Shown here: positions 7,753 to 16,687 of the stretch, in pieces | How the letters are laid out: every line of letters starts with the position of its first letter | How positions within the stretch are numbered: position 1 is the first letter of the stretch | Assembly (NCBI GenBank): GCA_038327765.1 | Contig: JBBQLI010000002.1 | Span: forward strand, 933 to 64,932 | Length of the DNA stretch: 64,000 nt | Source: Candidatus Limnocylindrales bacterium | Lineage (GTDB): Bacteria > Chloroflexota > Limnocylindria > Limnocylindrales > CSP1-4 | Reading direction: 5' to 3' | The notes under the pieces: model-generated | Seen by the model: only the letters and a program-made list of their open reading frames with translations | What the model was told of the DNA's origin: nothing | The model's database searches: none | Program-made: the position numbers and the translations under genes

Positions 7753-8607
7753 ATGACGACCATGACTGCCGACTCTCCATCTCCCACCAGACCGCTCGTC
7801 CCCGTGATCGGGGCCAGCCCGGCCGACGCGGCCGTCGCCACCAAGCTGGCGATGACGGACGTCGACATCTACTACGGGCCGCGTCGCGCCGTGCGTGGCG
7901 TGAACCTGACGATCCGGGCGAACTCGATCACGGCATTCATCGGACCGTCGGGCTGCGGCAAGAGCACGGTCCTGCGCTGCTTCGACCGGATGAACGACCT
8001 CATCCCGAGCGCACGGGTGACCGGCACCGTCACGCTCGACGATCAGGACATCTACGCCAGCGGCGTCCAGGCCGTCGAGGTCCGCCGACGAGTCGGTCTC
8101 GTCTTCCAGCGGCCGAACCCGTTCCCGATGTCCATCTACGAGAACATCGCGTATGGGCCGCGCCGCCATGGCGTGACGAACAAGGCCACCATCGACGAGA
8201 TCGTGGAGCGCTCGCTCCACCGCTCGGCGTTGTGGGACGAGGTCAAGGACGACTACCGCAAGAAGTCCGCGCTGTCGCTCTCGGGTGGCCAACAACAGCG
8301 GATGTGCATCGCCCGAACCCTCGCGACGGACCCTGAGGTCATCCTGATGGATGAGCCGTGTTCCGCCCTGGACCCGATCGCCACGCTCAAGATCGAGGAC
8401 CTGATGGCCGAGCTGCGCCAGAGCTACACCATCGTGATCGTGACCCACAACATGCAGCAGGCGTCGCGGATCAGCAACCAGACGGCGTTCTTCACGCTCG
8501 GTGAGGACCGCGCGGGCTATCTCGAGGAGATGGACGACACCGCGACGATCTTCACCAACCCGAAGCAGCAGCTGACCGAGGACTACGTCTCAGGTCGGTT
8601 CGGATGA
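7753..8607 (+). CDS. pstB: Phosphate ABC transporter ATP-binding protein
   Basis: ATG 7753 follows GGAGGA. It has Walker [10 protein letters not shown], signature LSGGQQQR, Walker B ILMDEP and the C-terminal YVSGRFG typical of PstB. Confidence 0.93.
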   Translation: MTTMTADSPSPTRPLVPVIGASPADAAVATKLAMTDVDIYYGPRRAVRGVNLTIRANSITAFIGPSGCGKSTVLRCFDRMNDLIPSARVTGTVTLDDQDIYASGVQAVEVRRRVGLVFQRPNPFPMSIYENIAYGPRRHGVTNKATIDEIVERSLHRSALWDEVKDDYRKKSALSLSGGQQQRMCIARTLATDPEVILMDEPCSALDPIATLKIEDLMAELRQSYTIVIVTHNMQQASRISNQTAFFTLGEDRAGYLEEMDDTATIFTNPKQQLTEDYVSGRFG

Positions 8608-9377
8608 GCCCCGAGGAGAGCGCCATGACCGACAAGGAGCGAGCCGCGGAGACCGTCCACGAGCAGGTCAGCGAGATCATCGGCCGCGCCGAGGCCGCGC
8701 CGCCCGTATCGGACGTGCGCCCGCCACGTGAGCCGCTCGATCGCGAACAGCGCGAGGTCAAGGACGCGGTCCTGCGGATGGGGATGCTGGTCGAGGAGGC
8801 GATCCGGGCGGCGATGTCTGCCCTTTCCGCCCACGATGCCGACGCGGCCCTCGCGGTCATCGCCGGTGACGGCCGGATCAACGAGGCGCAGCGCCACGCC
8901 TCCACCCAGATCGCGCGGGTGATCGCGATGCAGGGGCCGGTCGCACGCGACCTGCGCTTCCTGCTCTCTCTGGATCACGTGACCTACGAACTGGAACGGA
9001 TCGGTGACCACGCCGCGTCGGTGGCCAAGCAGGTCCGCAAGCTGGCGCCCGAGCCGCCGCTGAAGGACTACATCGACCTGCCCCAGATGGGCGAGCTGGC
9101 CGCGCAACTCGTCCACGGGATCCTGCGCGCCCTCGTGGACATCGACCAGGTCCAGGCACGGGCCGTGGCGGCGCGCGACGATGAGATCGACGCCCTGTAT
9201 CACAAGACCTTCGCCGACGTGGTCGACCTGATGCGTGCGAGCCCCGACAACGTGGAGCGTGGCACGAGGATCCTGTTCGCCGCCCACTACATCGAGCGGA
9301 TCGGCGACCGGGTCACGAATATCGCCGAGGACGTGGTCTTCCTCGCCAGCGGCGAGGTCGAGGACCTCAACCCGTGA
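8604..9377 (+). CDS. phoU: Phosphate signalling complex protein PhoU (with about a 45-aa N-terminal extension)
   Basis: ATGA overlap with the pstB stop. It has two PhoU repeats with ERIGDHA / [12 protein letters not shown] motifs. Confidence 0.9.
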   Translation: MSPEESAMTDKERAAETVHEQVSEIIGRAEAAPPVSDVRPPREPLDREQREVKDAVLRMGMLVEEAIRAAMSALSAHDADAALAVIAGDGRINEAQRHASTQIARVIAMQGPVARDLRFLLSLDHVTYELERIGDHAASVAKQVRKLAPEPPLKDYIDLPQMGELAAQLVHGILRALVDIDQVQARAVAARDDEIDALYHKTFADVVDLMRASPDNVERGTRILFAAHYIERIGDRVTNIAEDVVFLASGEVEDLNP

Positions 9378-9856
9378 GCGACCGGCGACCCATCCGGGTC
9401 GTGTTCGTGTGCACTGGGAACTCGTGCCGGAGCATCATCGGTGAGGCCCTCCTGCGGACCCACGGCGGTCCGGATTTCGAGGTCTTCAGTGCGGGCACGG
9501 ACCCCAAGGGGCTCAACGAGCGCTCGCTGCGGACGCTGGACGAGGCCGGGATCGCTCACCCGTGGGCGCGCTCGAAGTCAGTGACGGAATACCTCGGGCA
9601 ACCGTTCGACTACGTGGTGACCGTGTGCGACCAGGCTCGGCAGGCGTGCCCGGTCTTCCCCGGTTCGCACGAGTCCCTGCACTGGGGCTACGAGGACCCG
9701 GCCGAGGCGACCGGCACCGAGGACGAACAGATGGCCGTCTACCGGCACGTCTTGACCCAGATGGGGATCCGCATCCGCGAGTTCATCCCGATCGCGCTCC
9801 GCGCGCGGGCCGAGGCGGAGGCAGCGACGGCACCCGCAGCGACGGCACCCGCCTGA
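9374..9856 (+). CDS. arsC: Arsenate reductase, thioredoxin-coupled LMW-PTPase type
   Basis: GTGA overlap with the phoU stop. It has the P-loop VCTGNSCRS, a second and third Cys in VTVCDQARQACP, and HWGYEDPA. This mirrors the B. subtilis/S. aureus ArsC Cys10/Cys82/Cys89 layout. Confidence 0.8.
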   Translation: MSDRRPIRVVFVCTGNSCRSIIGEALLRTHGGPDFEVFSAGTDPKGLNERSLRTLDEAGIAHPWARSKSVTEYLGQPFDYVVTVCDQARQACPVFPGSHESLHWGYEDPAEATGTEDEQMAVYRHVLTQMGIRIREFIPIALRARAEAEAATAPAATAPA

Positions 9857-9869
9857 CCCGGTACCCTCG

Positions 9870-10349
9870 GTGGGCATGATCGAACTGCAGTTCCTGCGCC
9901 ATGCCCATGCCGGCGACCCGGGTGCGTTCGACGGACCGGATTCCGCGCGACCGCTATCCGAGAAGGGCGAACGCCAGGCGAACCGCCTCGGCAGGTTCCT
10001 CGCCGGCACCGGATTCCTGCCGGACGCGATCATCACCTCACCCAAGATCCGCGCGCTCCGGACGGCGGAGCTTGTCGCGCTCCACCTGGGACTGCCGTTC
10101 TCGATCGATGACCGCCTGGGTGGCCCGCTGGAACTCGAGTCCCTCGATGCGCTCCTGACCGAGGCCGGCGACCCGGTCCGACCAGTGCTCGTCGGCCACG
10201 ACCCCGATTTCAGCGAACTCGTCTCGTTGCTTGCCGGCATCGACCATCTGCCGATGCGCAAGGGCTCGCTCGCGCGGATCGACCTGGACCGCCCTCTGCG
10301 ACCCCGCAGCGGGACGCTGCGCTGGCTGGTGCCGCCGGACCTCCTCTGA
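9870..10349 (+). CDS. sixA: SixA-type phosphohistidine phosphatase (histidine phosphatase superfamily branch 1)
   Basis: LRHAHAG...LSEKGERQA...ITSPKIRALRTAE...LVGHDPDF, that is the RHG/RHA and H catalytic motifs in a short 159-aa format like SixA. It starts 13 nt after arsC. Confidence 0.7.
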   Translation: MGMIELQFLRHAHAGDPGAFDGPDSARPLSEKGERQANRLGRFLAGTGFLPDAIITSPKIRALRTAELVALHLGLPFSIDDRLGGPLELESLDALLTEAGDPVRPVLVGHDPDFSELVSLLAGIDHLPMRKGSLARIDLDRPLRPRSGTLRWLVPPDLL

Positions 10350-10783
10350 GCGCCGGGCGTCGCCCGAGCGGCACTGGCGCCCGAGCGCCCGGACGTCGCT
10401 GGCCTCTCGCGTCGTGACCGCGAGTCTCCTCGTGGCGGGAGTGCACCGGCCGGACGTCGCTGGCCGCCCGTTGCGTCCCGTCCGCCATTTCGATGCCGAC
10501 CAGATTGCTAGGCGCGTTCGACACCCGGTTGTGAGGTCGCGCGCCCGTCCGCCCCGGTCGCCTGAGCGTGAGCGAGGCTGACTCAAGGAAGGGATCCGCC
10601 GAGATGGCGCCGACACTGTGCCTACCGTTCCGCCAGACGTCGAAATGGCGGATAAGTCGGGCTGGGGCAGCGGTGGCCCGAAGGACCCGAGCGGCGTCAC
10701 CCCGTGAGCTCGCAACCGCCGGGCGCCGGTCCGTGACAGCCGAGTCCGGGCGCGACTGGCCCTGACCGCGCGGCAACGGGCGG

Positions 10784-12094
10784 TCAGTCGGCGACCGCCG
10801 GGAACGGCAGCGCGATCGGATCGGTGGCGAGGCGGCTCCGGCCGTCTGCGTCGAAGCGATCCAGACCCAGGTCCGTGACGTCGATGAGGTCGGTCGCGCC
10901 CCGCGTGACGAGGTCCGCGGCGACGCGGGCTACCCCGGGCCCCCACATCATCCCGTGCCCACCGGCCGACGCGACCGTCACGCCCGCGATCACGCTCCCC
11001 TCGGGTGTCAGCGCCGTCCCGAGGATCGGCAGGTGGTCAGGCGTGTAGTCGATGGTGGCCGCCCAGATCTTGCGCAGCCCCAGGCCGCGGGTCACCGGCA
11101 CGAAGTCGGCGAGGCGCTCGCGCATCCGCTCGTAGAACGCCCAGTCGATGTCGCGGGCTTCGCCGGGTCGCTCGTCCGGGTCGCTCCAGCCGAAGAGCAG
11201 ACCGCCCTCCTCGAGCCGCCAGTAGAGGCCACGGCCGATGTCGAAGACCATCGGCATGCGCGCCACATCAAAGGCGGCATGCGGTTCAAGGACAGCGACC
11301 GTGTGCCGTGCCATTCCCGCCGGGATACGCAGACCCGCGAGCCGTCCCACCGCGCGCAGGCCGGGCCCGCCAGTGAGGAGGACGCGCTCGGTCTCGATGA
11401 TGCCGGCGTCCGTCTCGACGGCGACGACCCGACTCCCTGACCCATCGGTGACGGTCCGGAGGCCGGTGAAGGCTGTGCGCTCGCGCAGCTCCACCCCGCT
11501 CCGCTGCATCGCGAGCGAATACGCGCGGACGTTCCGTGGCGGATCGATGCAGCCGTCGGTCTCCATGTAACTGCCGCCACGATGACCCTCGGTCGACATG
11601 GTGACGGCGGTCGCGGCCGCCTGCGCAGCATCCAGCCAGCGCACATCGAGGCCCTCGTGCCGCTGCATCGCGACGCGTTCCCGGCCAGCCCGTTCGTCGT
11701 CCTCGGTGACGGCGAGGATCAGATAGCCGAGCTCGCGGAAGCCCGAGTCGGTGCCATAGGCGGCCTGCTGGCCGCGATAGAACCCGATGGACCAGGCACC
11801 CAGGGCGACCGTCGCCGGGGTACCCCCTTGCGCGCGCACGATCCCAGCGGCCCGCGACGAGGCGCCCATCCCGGCAAGTCCCCGCTCCACGACGATCACG
11901 CGCCCCATGCCGGCGTCCTTCGCAAAGACCGAGGCCCAGCCGCCGATGGTCCCCGCACCCACCACCACCAGGTCCGCGCGTTCCGTCACGTGCTGGTCTC
12001 CGATACGAAGCCGACCCATCGAGGATAGCCAGCGGGTGGCCTGATCGCGAAGCGCGTCGCGCGTCGCGCGTCGCAGGACCGCGGGCCGCGGCAT
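10784..12094 (-). CDS. FAD-dependent oxidoreductase (DAO family, sarcosine-oxidase-beta / glycine-oxidase-like)
   Basis: DLVVVGAGTIGGWASVFAKDAGMGRVIVVERG...GASSRAAGIVR is a dinucleotide-binding GxGxxG fold. The start may instead be the ATG at 12019. Confidence 0.75.
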   Translation of the reverse strand: MPRPAVLRRATRDALRDQATRWLSSMGRLRIGDQHVTERADLVVVGAGTIGGWASVFAKDAGMGRVIVVERGLAGMGASSRAAGIVRAQGGTPATVALGAWSIGFYRGQQAAYGTDSGFRELGYLILAVTEDDERAGRERVAMQRHEGLDVRWLDAAQAAATAVTMSTEGHRGGSYMETDGCIDPPRNVRAYSLAMQRSGVELRERTAFTGLRTVTDGSGSRVVAVETDAGIIETERVLLTGGPGLRAVGRLAGLRIPAGMARHTVAVLEPHAAFDVARMPMVFDIGRGLYWRLEEGGLLFGWSDPDERPGEARDIDWAFYERMRERLADFVPVTRGLGLRKIWAATIDYTPDHLPILGTALTPEGSVIAGVTVASAGGHGMMWGPGVARVAADLVTRGATDLIDVTDLGLDRFDADGRSRLATDPIALPFPAVAD

Positions 12095-12154
12095 CGCGCC
12101 GATCGCCGGCCTCTGGACAGCCTGCCGGGGTCGCGCGTCACACCCCGATCCCGG

Positions 12155-12826
12155 TCACCCGTCCAGGGCCGCCGCCTCCACGCACACGGCGACCACGCCA
12201 AGACGTGCCAGCCGGTTGAACACCGCACGGCGACGGACCGTCCATGCCGCGACGTCCAGCGACGCGGCACGAGCGGCGGCCATCCCCTCGGCCGCGATCC
12301 CGTTCCATTCCACAGCGATGCCGCGACAACGAAGCTCCACGGCGGCCGCGATCGTGGCCTCGTCCAGGGTGATCGCATTCAGCCAGCGCGGCCACGCAGG
12401 AGCCAGCCCGGCGACGCGCTCCAGCGTGGCCGTCTCGAACGACGACACCACGGCGTTGTTGAGGTCGGCGCCGCGGCCGGAGGCCAGCACCTCCACCACG
12501 GCCCGATCGTGGTCGCCCTTCAGCTCGACATCGAGGAACGGGCGACGGCCCACCGTACTCAGCACGTCGGCAAGTGACGCGACACCGAGCAGTTCGAGGG
12601 CGGCCGCGCTGAGCTCATCCACGCGCTCGGGCCGGCCCTGGACACGAGCCAGCGTGTCGTCGTGGACGACCACCGGGACGTCGTCGCGCGATCGCCGGAC
12701 ATCGAATTCCAGCCCGTCGCAGCCCGGCACCGCAAGGGCAGCCTGGAACGCCGCGATCGTGTTCTCGGGCGCGCGCCGCCAGTCGCCGCGATGGGCGAGT
12801 CGCATGGTGCGCATGACCATGGGCAC
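12155..12826 (-). CDS. ugpQ: Glycerophosphodiester phosphodiesterase
   Basis: MRLAHRGDWRRAPENTIAAFQAALAVPGCDGLEFDVRRSRDDVPVVVHDDTL carries the HRG...EN...E.D...HD motifs of the GDPD family. Several in-frame ATGs lie between 12805 and 12826. Confidence 0.85.
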   Translation of the reverse strand: MPMVMRTMRLAHRGDWRRAPENTIAAFQAALAVPGCDGLEFDVRRSRDDVPVVVHDDTLARVQGRPERVDELSAAALELLGVASLADVLSTVGRRPFLDVELKGDHDRAVVEVLASGRGADLNNAVVSSFETATLERVAGLAPAWPRWLNAITLDEATIAAAVELRCRGIAVEWNGIAAEGMAAARAASLDVAAWTVRRRAVFNRLARLGVVAVCVEAAALDG

Positions 12827-12832
12827 GGTCGG

Positions 12833-13579
12833 TCAGCCGATCTCGAGATGCGCGCTCAGCCCGAGGTGGTCGCTCGGGTAGAGCGTCGGATCCTCGGGGT
12901 CCGGGCGGTCGAACACGAGCCGCGCATCAAGCACGCGAACCGGGCCGCGGACCCAGACGTAGTCGAGACAATCGGGGTCGCCGTCGGTGTCCATCGCCGG
13001 CGCCTGGAGGCCCGATGGCCACGTGACGGCCGGCTCTGCACCGTTGGCGGTCGCGAACGCGGAACGGAATCCGGCCGCGGTCATCCGGGCGTACGTGGGC
13101 TCCTGCGGATCGGCATTGAAGTCACCGACCACGATCGTGGCCGTCGTGCCGGCGTCGTCGCCAAGCCACGCGAGCAGGGCCGCCGCCTGGTCGTCGCGCT
13201 GGGCATCACCGTCCACGACGTGATGCAGATGCGTGACCACGACGCGGACCGTCGAACCGCCCGGGAGCGACACCACGGCACGGTGCGCCGCTCGTGCCAG
13301 GCCCAGGTCAAGGCGTTCGACATCGGTCGCGGCGAGCGGCGCCTTGATCAGGAGGCTGTTGCCGTATTCGGGTCGACCCGCCCAGCCTCGGACGGCGGCG
13401 TAGTGGGCCTCCCCGGCCGCACCGATCAGGCGGTCCTGCTGGAGCACGTAGACCACCTCCTGGAGCCCCAGGAGATCCGGCTGGAGCGCGGCCATGTCGG
13501 CAAGGATCAGCGGCAGGCGTTCCGGCCAGCGGTCGGCCAGGTTCAGGATATTGAGCGTCGCGACGTGCAGGCGGTCCAT
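12833..13579 (-). CDS. Endonuclease/exonuclease/phosphatase (EEP) family hydrolase
   Basis: ORF trimmed to the ATG at 13579 (GGAGGA upstream). The protein reads MDRLHVATLNILN...LLGLQEV...VVVTHLHH...VVGDFNA...PSDHLGLSAHL, the canonical EEP catalytic motifs. Confidence 0.85.
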   Translation of the reverse strand: MDRLHVATLNILNLADRWPERLPLILADMAALQPDLLGLQEVVYVLQQDRLIGAAGEAHYAAVRGWAGRPEYGNSLLIKAPLAATDVERLDLGLARAAHRAVVSLPGGSTVRVVVTHLHHVVDGDAQRDDQAAALLAWLGDDAGTTATIVVGDFNADPQEPTYARMTAAGFRSAFATANGAEPAVTWPSGLQAPAMDTDGDPDCLDYVWVRGPVRVLDARLVFDRPDPEDPTLYPSDHLGLSAHLEIG

Positions 13580-13634
13580 CGATCCTCCGTTCGGGCGTGG
13601 CGGCGGGTTCGAGCGTGGCGGCAAGTTCGGTCGG

Positions 13635-14864
13635 TCAGGACGCCGGCGCTCTCGGGATGGCGAACGAGAACGTCGAACCGGCGCCCTCGTCGGAGTCGAC
13701 CCAGATGCGCCCCCCATGTTGCTCGATGACGTGGCGCGCGATGGCGAGTCCCAGCCCGGTCCCTCCGGCTTCGCCTCGGCTGCGCGCGCGATCCACCTTG
13801 TAGAACCGCTCGAACACGCGCGCCTGCGCGGCCTTGGGGATCCCCAGCCCATGATCCTCGACCGATGTCACGACCTCATCCGCGGCCGGACGGACGCGAA
13901 CGGTCACGGCACCGCCGTCCGGACTGAACTTGACCGCGTTGTGCAGTAGGTTCACCAGGACCTGACCCAGGCGCGCCTCATCGCCGCGAACCAGCGGGAT
14001 CGGTTCAGCGATCTCGACGCCAAGGGTCACGCCCTGGCGATCCGCGAACAGCCGCAGACGCTCCGTGGAGGTCGTCGCGAGCCGACCCATATCCACGTCG
14101 TGGAGGAGCAGCGGCGACGTCCCGGTCTCGATCCGGGAGAGGTCCAGCAGCTCGTTGACCATCTGGACGATATGACCGGTCTCCACCTCGATCTTGCCGA
14201 TCCGGTCGCGCATCTTCGCCGGGATGCTATCGCCGGCTGCTTCGGCTTCGCGGGTGAGCGTCTCGGCGAGCAGGCTCACCGTGGTCAACGGCGTGCGCAG
14301 CTCATGCGAAAGGTTGTCGATGAACTCCGCCCGGATCTGCTGGAGTCGGCGCAGCTCCGAGACATCCTCGAGGACCACCCAGAGTCCTCGCACCGGTGAT
14401 CGCCACGCCCGGACGATCAGGACGGTCCGATCGGTCCCGAGCCGGACTTCCCCGGTGGCGGTGCCAGTGGTCCGGGCCCGCTCGACGATGTCCTCCAGAC
14501 GGCCGGTGAGGAACGCGCTGGTCGATGTCAGCCCACGCAGCGAGCCGGTGGGTCGGTCGAGGAAGACGTGCGCGGCCGTGTTCGCGAGCTCGATGCGCCG
14601 ATCGTCGGCGAGCCACACGATGCCGATGCCGACATGCTCGATCAGGTCGGCGACATCGCGGCGCAGCCCGTCGAGATCGACCGCGACGGCATCGCTCGTC
14701 TCGATCAGGCGGCGGACCCGCCCGCGCGTGTCGTCGATGGTGGTGCGGCCGGCGGTCTGCCCGCGGATGTCGTCAAGCGTTCGCCCGCGCGACAGCGCGA
14801 CCCAGACCACGGCGGCGAGCGCGACCGACTGGGCGATGACGAAGAGGATGAGCGCGCCGTCCAC
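13635..14864 (-). CDS. Sensor histidine kinase (SenX3/PhoR-like: TM, PAS-like, HisKA, HATPase)
   Basis: H-box SHELRTPLTTV, N-box LLHNAVKFSP, G1 DHGLGI, G2 GGTGLGLAI. The start is taken at GTG 14864 (VDGALILFVIAQSVALAAVVWV = TM helix), because the upstream part of ORF 13635..15161 overlaps the preceding gene and is Arg/Ser-rich. Confidence 0.85.
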   Translation of the reverse strand: MDGALILFVIAQSVALAAVVWVALSRGRTLDDIRGQTAGRTTIDDTRGRVRRLIETSDAVAVDLDGLRRDVADLIEHVGIGIVWLADDRRIELANTAAHVFLDRPTGSLRGLTSTSAFLTGRLEDIVERARTTGTATGEVRLGTDRTVLIVRAWRSPVRGLWVVLEDVSELRRLQQIRAEFIDNLSHELRTPLTTVSLLAETLTREAEAAGDSIPAKMRDRIGKIEVETGHIVQMVNELLDLSRIETGTSPLLLHDVDMGRLATTSTERLRLFADRQGVTLGVEIAEPIPLVRGDEARLGQVLVNLLHNAVKFSPDGGAVTVRVRPAADEVVTSVEDHGLGIPKAAQARVFERFYKVDRARSRGEAGGTGLGLAIARHVIEQHGGRIWVDSDEGAGSTFSFAIPRAPAS

Positions 14865-14910
14865 GAGGCGAGCATGGCACAGCAGACCGCGCCGCGGCCG
14901 GGTCGGCCGA

Positions 14911-15975
14911 TCAGCGGTCGCGCGGCGGCCGACGCACGCGCGGCGGGACCGGGTCTGGCGGGAGCAGCCACGGACGCCAGGCGACCGTGAGGTCGTCGAA
15001 CGTGCTTCCCGGGAATGCGTGGCGCAGGACCACGAGGTGCGCCAGCCGGGCGACGGCGCGGCGTGCACGCGCGGTCGCAGCCGCGTCGACGACGGCCGGC
15101 ACCTGCTCGGCGGCGTCCCGCGCCGCGAGGATCGTGGAGACGCGCAGGCCATCGTCATCATCGGCCGACAATCCGCCCGGCCAGGGTGCGCTGGTCCCGC
15201 TCAGGGTCGCCGCGGTGCTCGCGGTGGCCCGGACCCCGGCCGCGTCGAGTCCGGCGATCCGACGCAGCAACCCTTCCATCGCCGCCGTGTTCGGTCCGTA
15301 TCGTGGCTGGCCCACGGCGGCGTCCCAGCCACGCGTCAGCCGTTCCTGCGTCCGACCCCGGAACGGCTCGCTCAGGAGCTCATCGAGGAACGGCCCCAGG
15401 ACCAGTTCGGTGGCGTACCCGTCGATCGCGTCGCGCGCCGCAGGGGCGTCGGCTGCCGCCGGCCGGTTCGCCGTCACGGCCGACTCCATGGCGTCCAGCG
15501 CGGCCAGCCGGTCCGGTGGGAGGAATCGCCGGATGGTGGCACCGAACGCGATCGGCGGTGCTTCGGCGAGGGCCAGCCGGTCGAGGTCCGTGGGCGTCAG
15601 CGTCCGCAGCCGCTCGATGAACCGGTCCGCTGCGCTCGCCTGGTCAGCCGCGCGGGAATGGGTCCGAGCCATCGGCGGCGCGGGCGGCGCTTGCCCGGGA
15701 CCGCGGGCATGCCACGCGCCATCCCGAACGCTGCGCGACCCCGGCACGCGTAACCCACGATCGCGGTCATAGCGCTCGCGCAGGTCCGCATCGGTGAGCC
15801 AGTCGTGGGCGACGTTGATGCGTTTCGCAAGCTCCAGCCCGTCGTCGCCCGCCACGTCGGGATGGTGCCGTCTGAGCAGCGCCCGCCAGGCCACCTCGAT
15901 CGTCTCGACGCTGGCGTCCGTGGGCACACCAAGCCGGGCGTACAGGTCGTCGTCGGGCAGTGTCGGGCGTGGCAT
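14911..15975 (-). CDS. J-domain protein (non-DnaJ architecture)
   Basis: The N-terminus reads DLYARLGVPTDASVETIEVAWRALLRRHHPDVAG...AKRINVAHDWL with the HPD motif. The remaining 280 aa are Ala-rich, with no Zn-finger or DnaJ C-terminal domain. Confidence 0.75.
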   Translation of the reverse strand: MPRPTLPDDDLYARLGVPTDASVETIEVAWRALLRRHHPDVAGDDGLELAKRINVAHDWLTDADLRERYDRDRGLRVPGSRSVRDGAWHARGPGQAPPAPPMARTHSRAADQASAADRFIERLRTLTPTDLDRLALAEAPPIAFGATIRRFLPPDRLAALDAMESAVTANRPAAADAPAARDAIDGYATELVLGPFLDELLSEPFRGRTQERLTRGWDAAVGQPRYGPNTAAMEGLLRRIAGLDAAGVRATASTAATLSGTSAPWPGGLSADDDDGLRVSTILAARDAAEQVPAVVDAAATARARRAVARLAHLVVLRHAFPGSTFDDLTVAWRPWLLPPDPVPPRVRRPPRDR

Positions 15976-16036
15976 GACGGGTCCATCGTAGGGTCCGGCC
16001 GTCCGGCCCGACCGCTATGCTCGCGGGACGCGTCGG

Positions 16037-16687
16037 ATGGAGTCGGACCGACGCCTGGAGGGTGGACCGTTGAGCTTCATCAAGCGGGCACAGGAGGCCG
16101 CCAAGTCCGCGGCCGAACAGGCGCAGCACGCAGCCGAGCAGGCGCGGACCAGGGCCGGCGAGGCGGGCGAGGCGGCCCAGCACGCCGCCGGTCAGGCGCG
16201 AGTCAAGGCCGGCGAGGCCGCGGCATCGGCCGGACGCCAGGCGCACGACCCGGCCACCCAGGAGCGTCTCGGCAAGCAGGCACGCGACGCGATGGGCATG
16301 GCCCGCCGCGGCATCACCACGGTCGTCGAGCGGATCGACCCGAACACGTTGGCGGAATTGATCATCAAGGCGACCGCGCTCCAGGAGATGACGAACAAGG
16401 CGCTGCGCAAGAAAGGCTCGCCCTATCGCGTCTCGGAGATCTCGATCGAGGCCTCGATCCCGCCAGGCGTCTCATTCGCGATCGGTCGGATCGACGATCC
16501 GGAGGAGATGATGACCGGCGACACCGTAGAGTCGGCGGCGCTCGTCGAGGCCATGGCCGAGACCGGAGAAGCCGTCATCTCCCTCGACGGCACGACGCTC
16601 GACGAGGCCACCATCGATGCCGCCCGGGCAGCGTTGACCGAGGATGTGGCGAACGAACTGGCCGAGACGGAGATCAGCGCCCCGTAA
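16037..16687 (+). CDS. Hypothetical protein with an N-terminal AEQA/AGEA amphipathic repeat region
   Basis: Plausible composition and high GC3. Sequence: FIKRAQEAAKSAAEQAQHAAEQARTRAGEAGEAAQHAAGQARVKAGEAA... then a globular C-terminus. I recognise no family. The start is uncertain. Confidence 0.5.
   Translation: MESDRRLEGGPLSFIKRAQEAAKSAAEQAQHAAEQARTRAGEAGEAAQHAAGQARVKAGEAAASAGRQAHDPATQERLGKQARDAMGMARRGITTVVERIDPNTLAELIIKATALQEMTNKALRKKGSPYRVSEISIEASIPPGVSFAIGRIDDPEEMMTGDTVESAALVEAMAETGEAVISLDGTTLDEATIDAARAALTEDVANELAETEISAP

Noticed and set aside
10350-10783. RNase P RNA, tmRNA, SRP RNA or cobalamin riboswitch in the long convergent gap.
   Set aside because: AGTCCGGGC-like and CCCGACTTATC-like strings occur but on inconsistent strands and in the wrong order for RNase P. 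There is no GGUAAGAGC, no tag ORF or T-arm for tmRNA, and no downstream gene for a riboswitch. The B12-box resemblance (AGTCCGGGCGCGACTGGCC) is weak.
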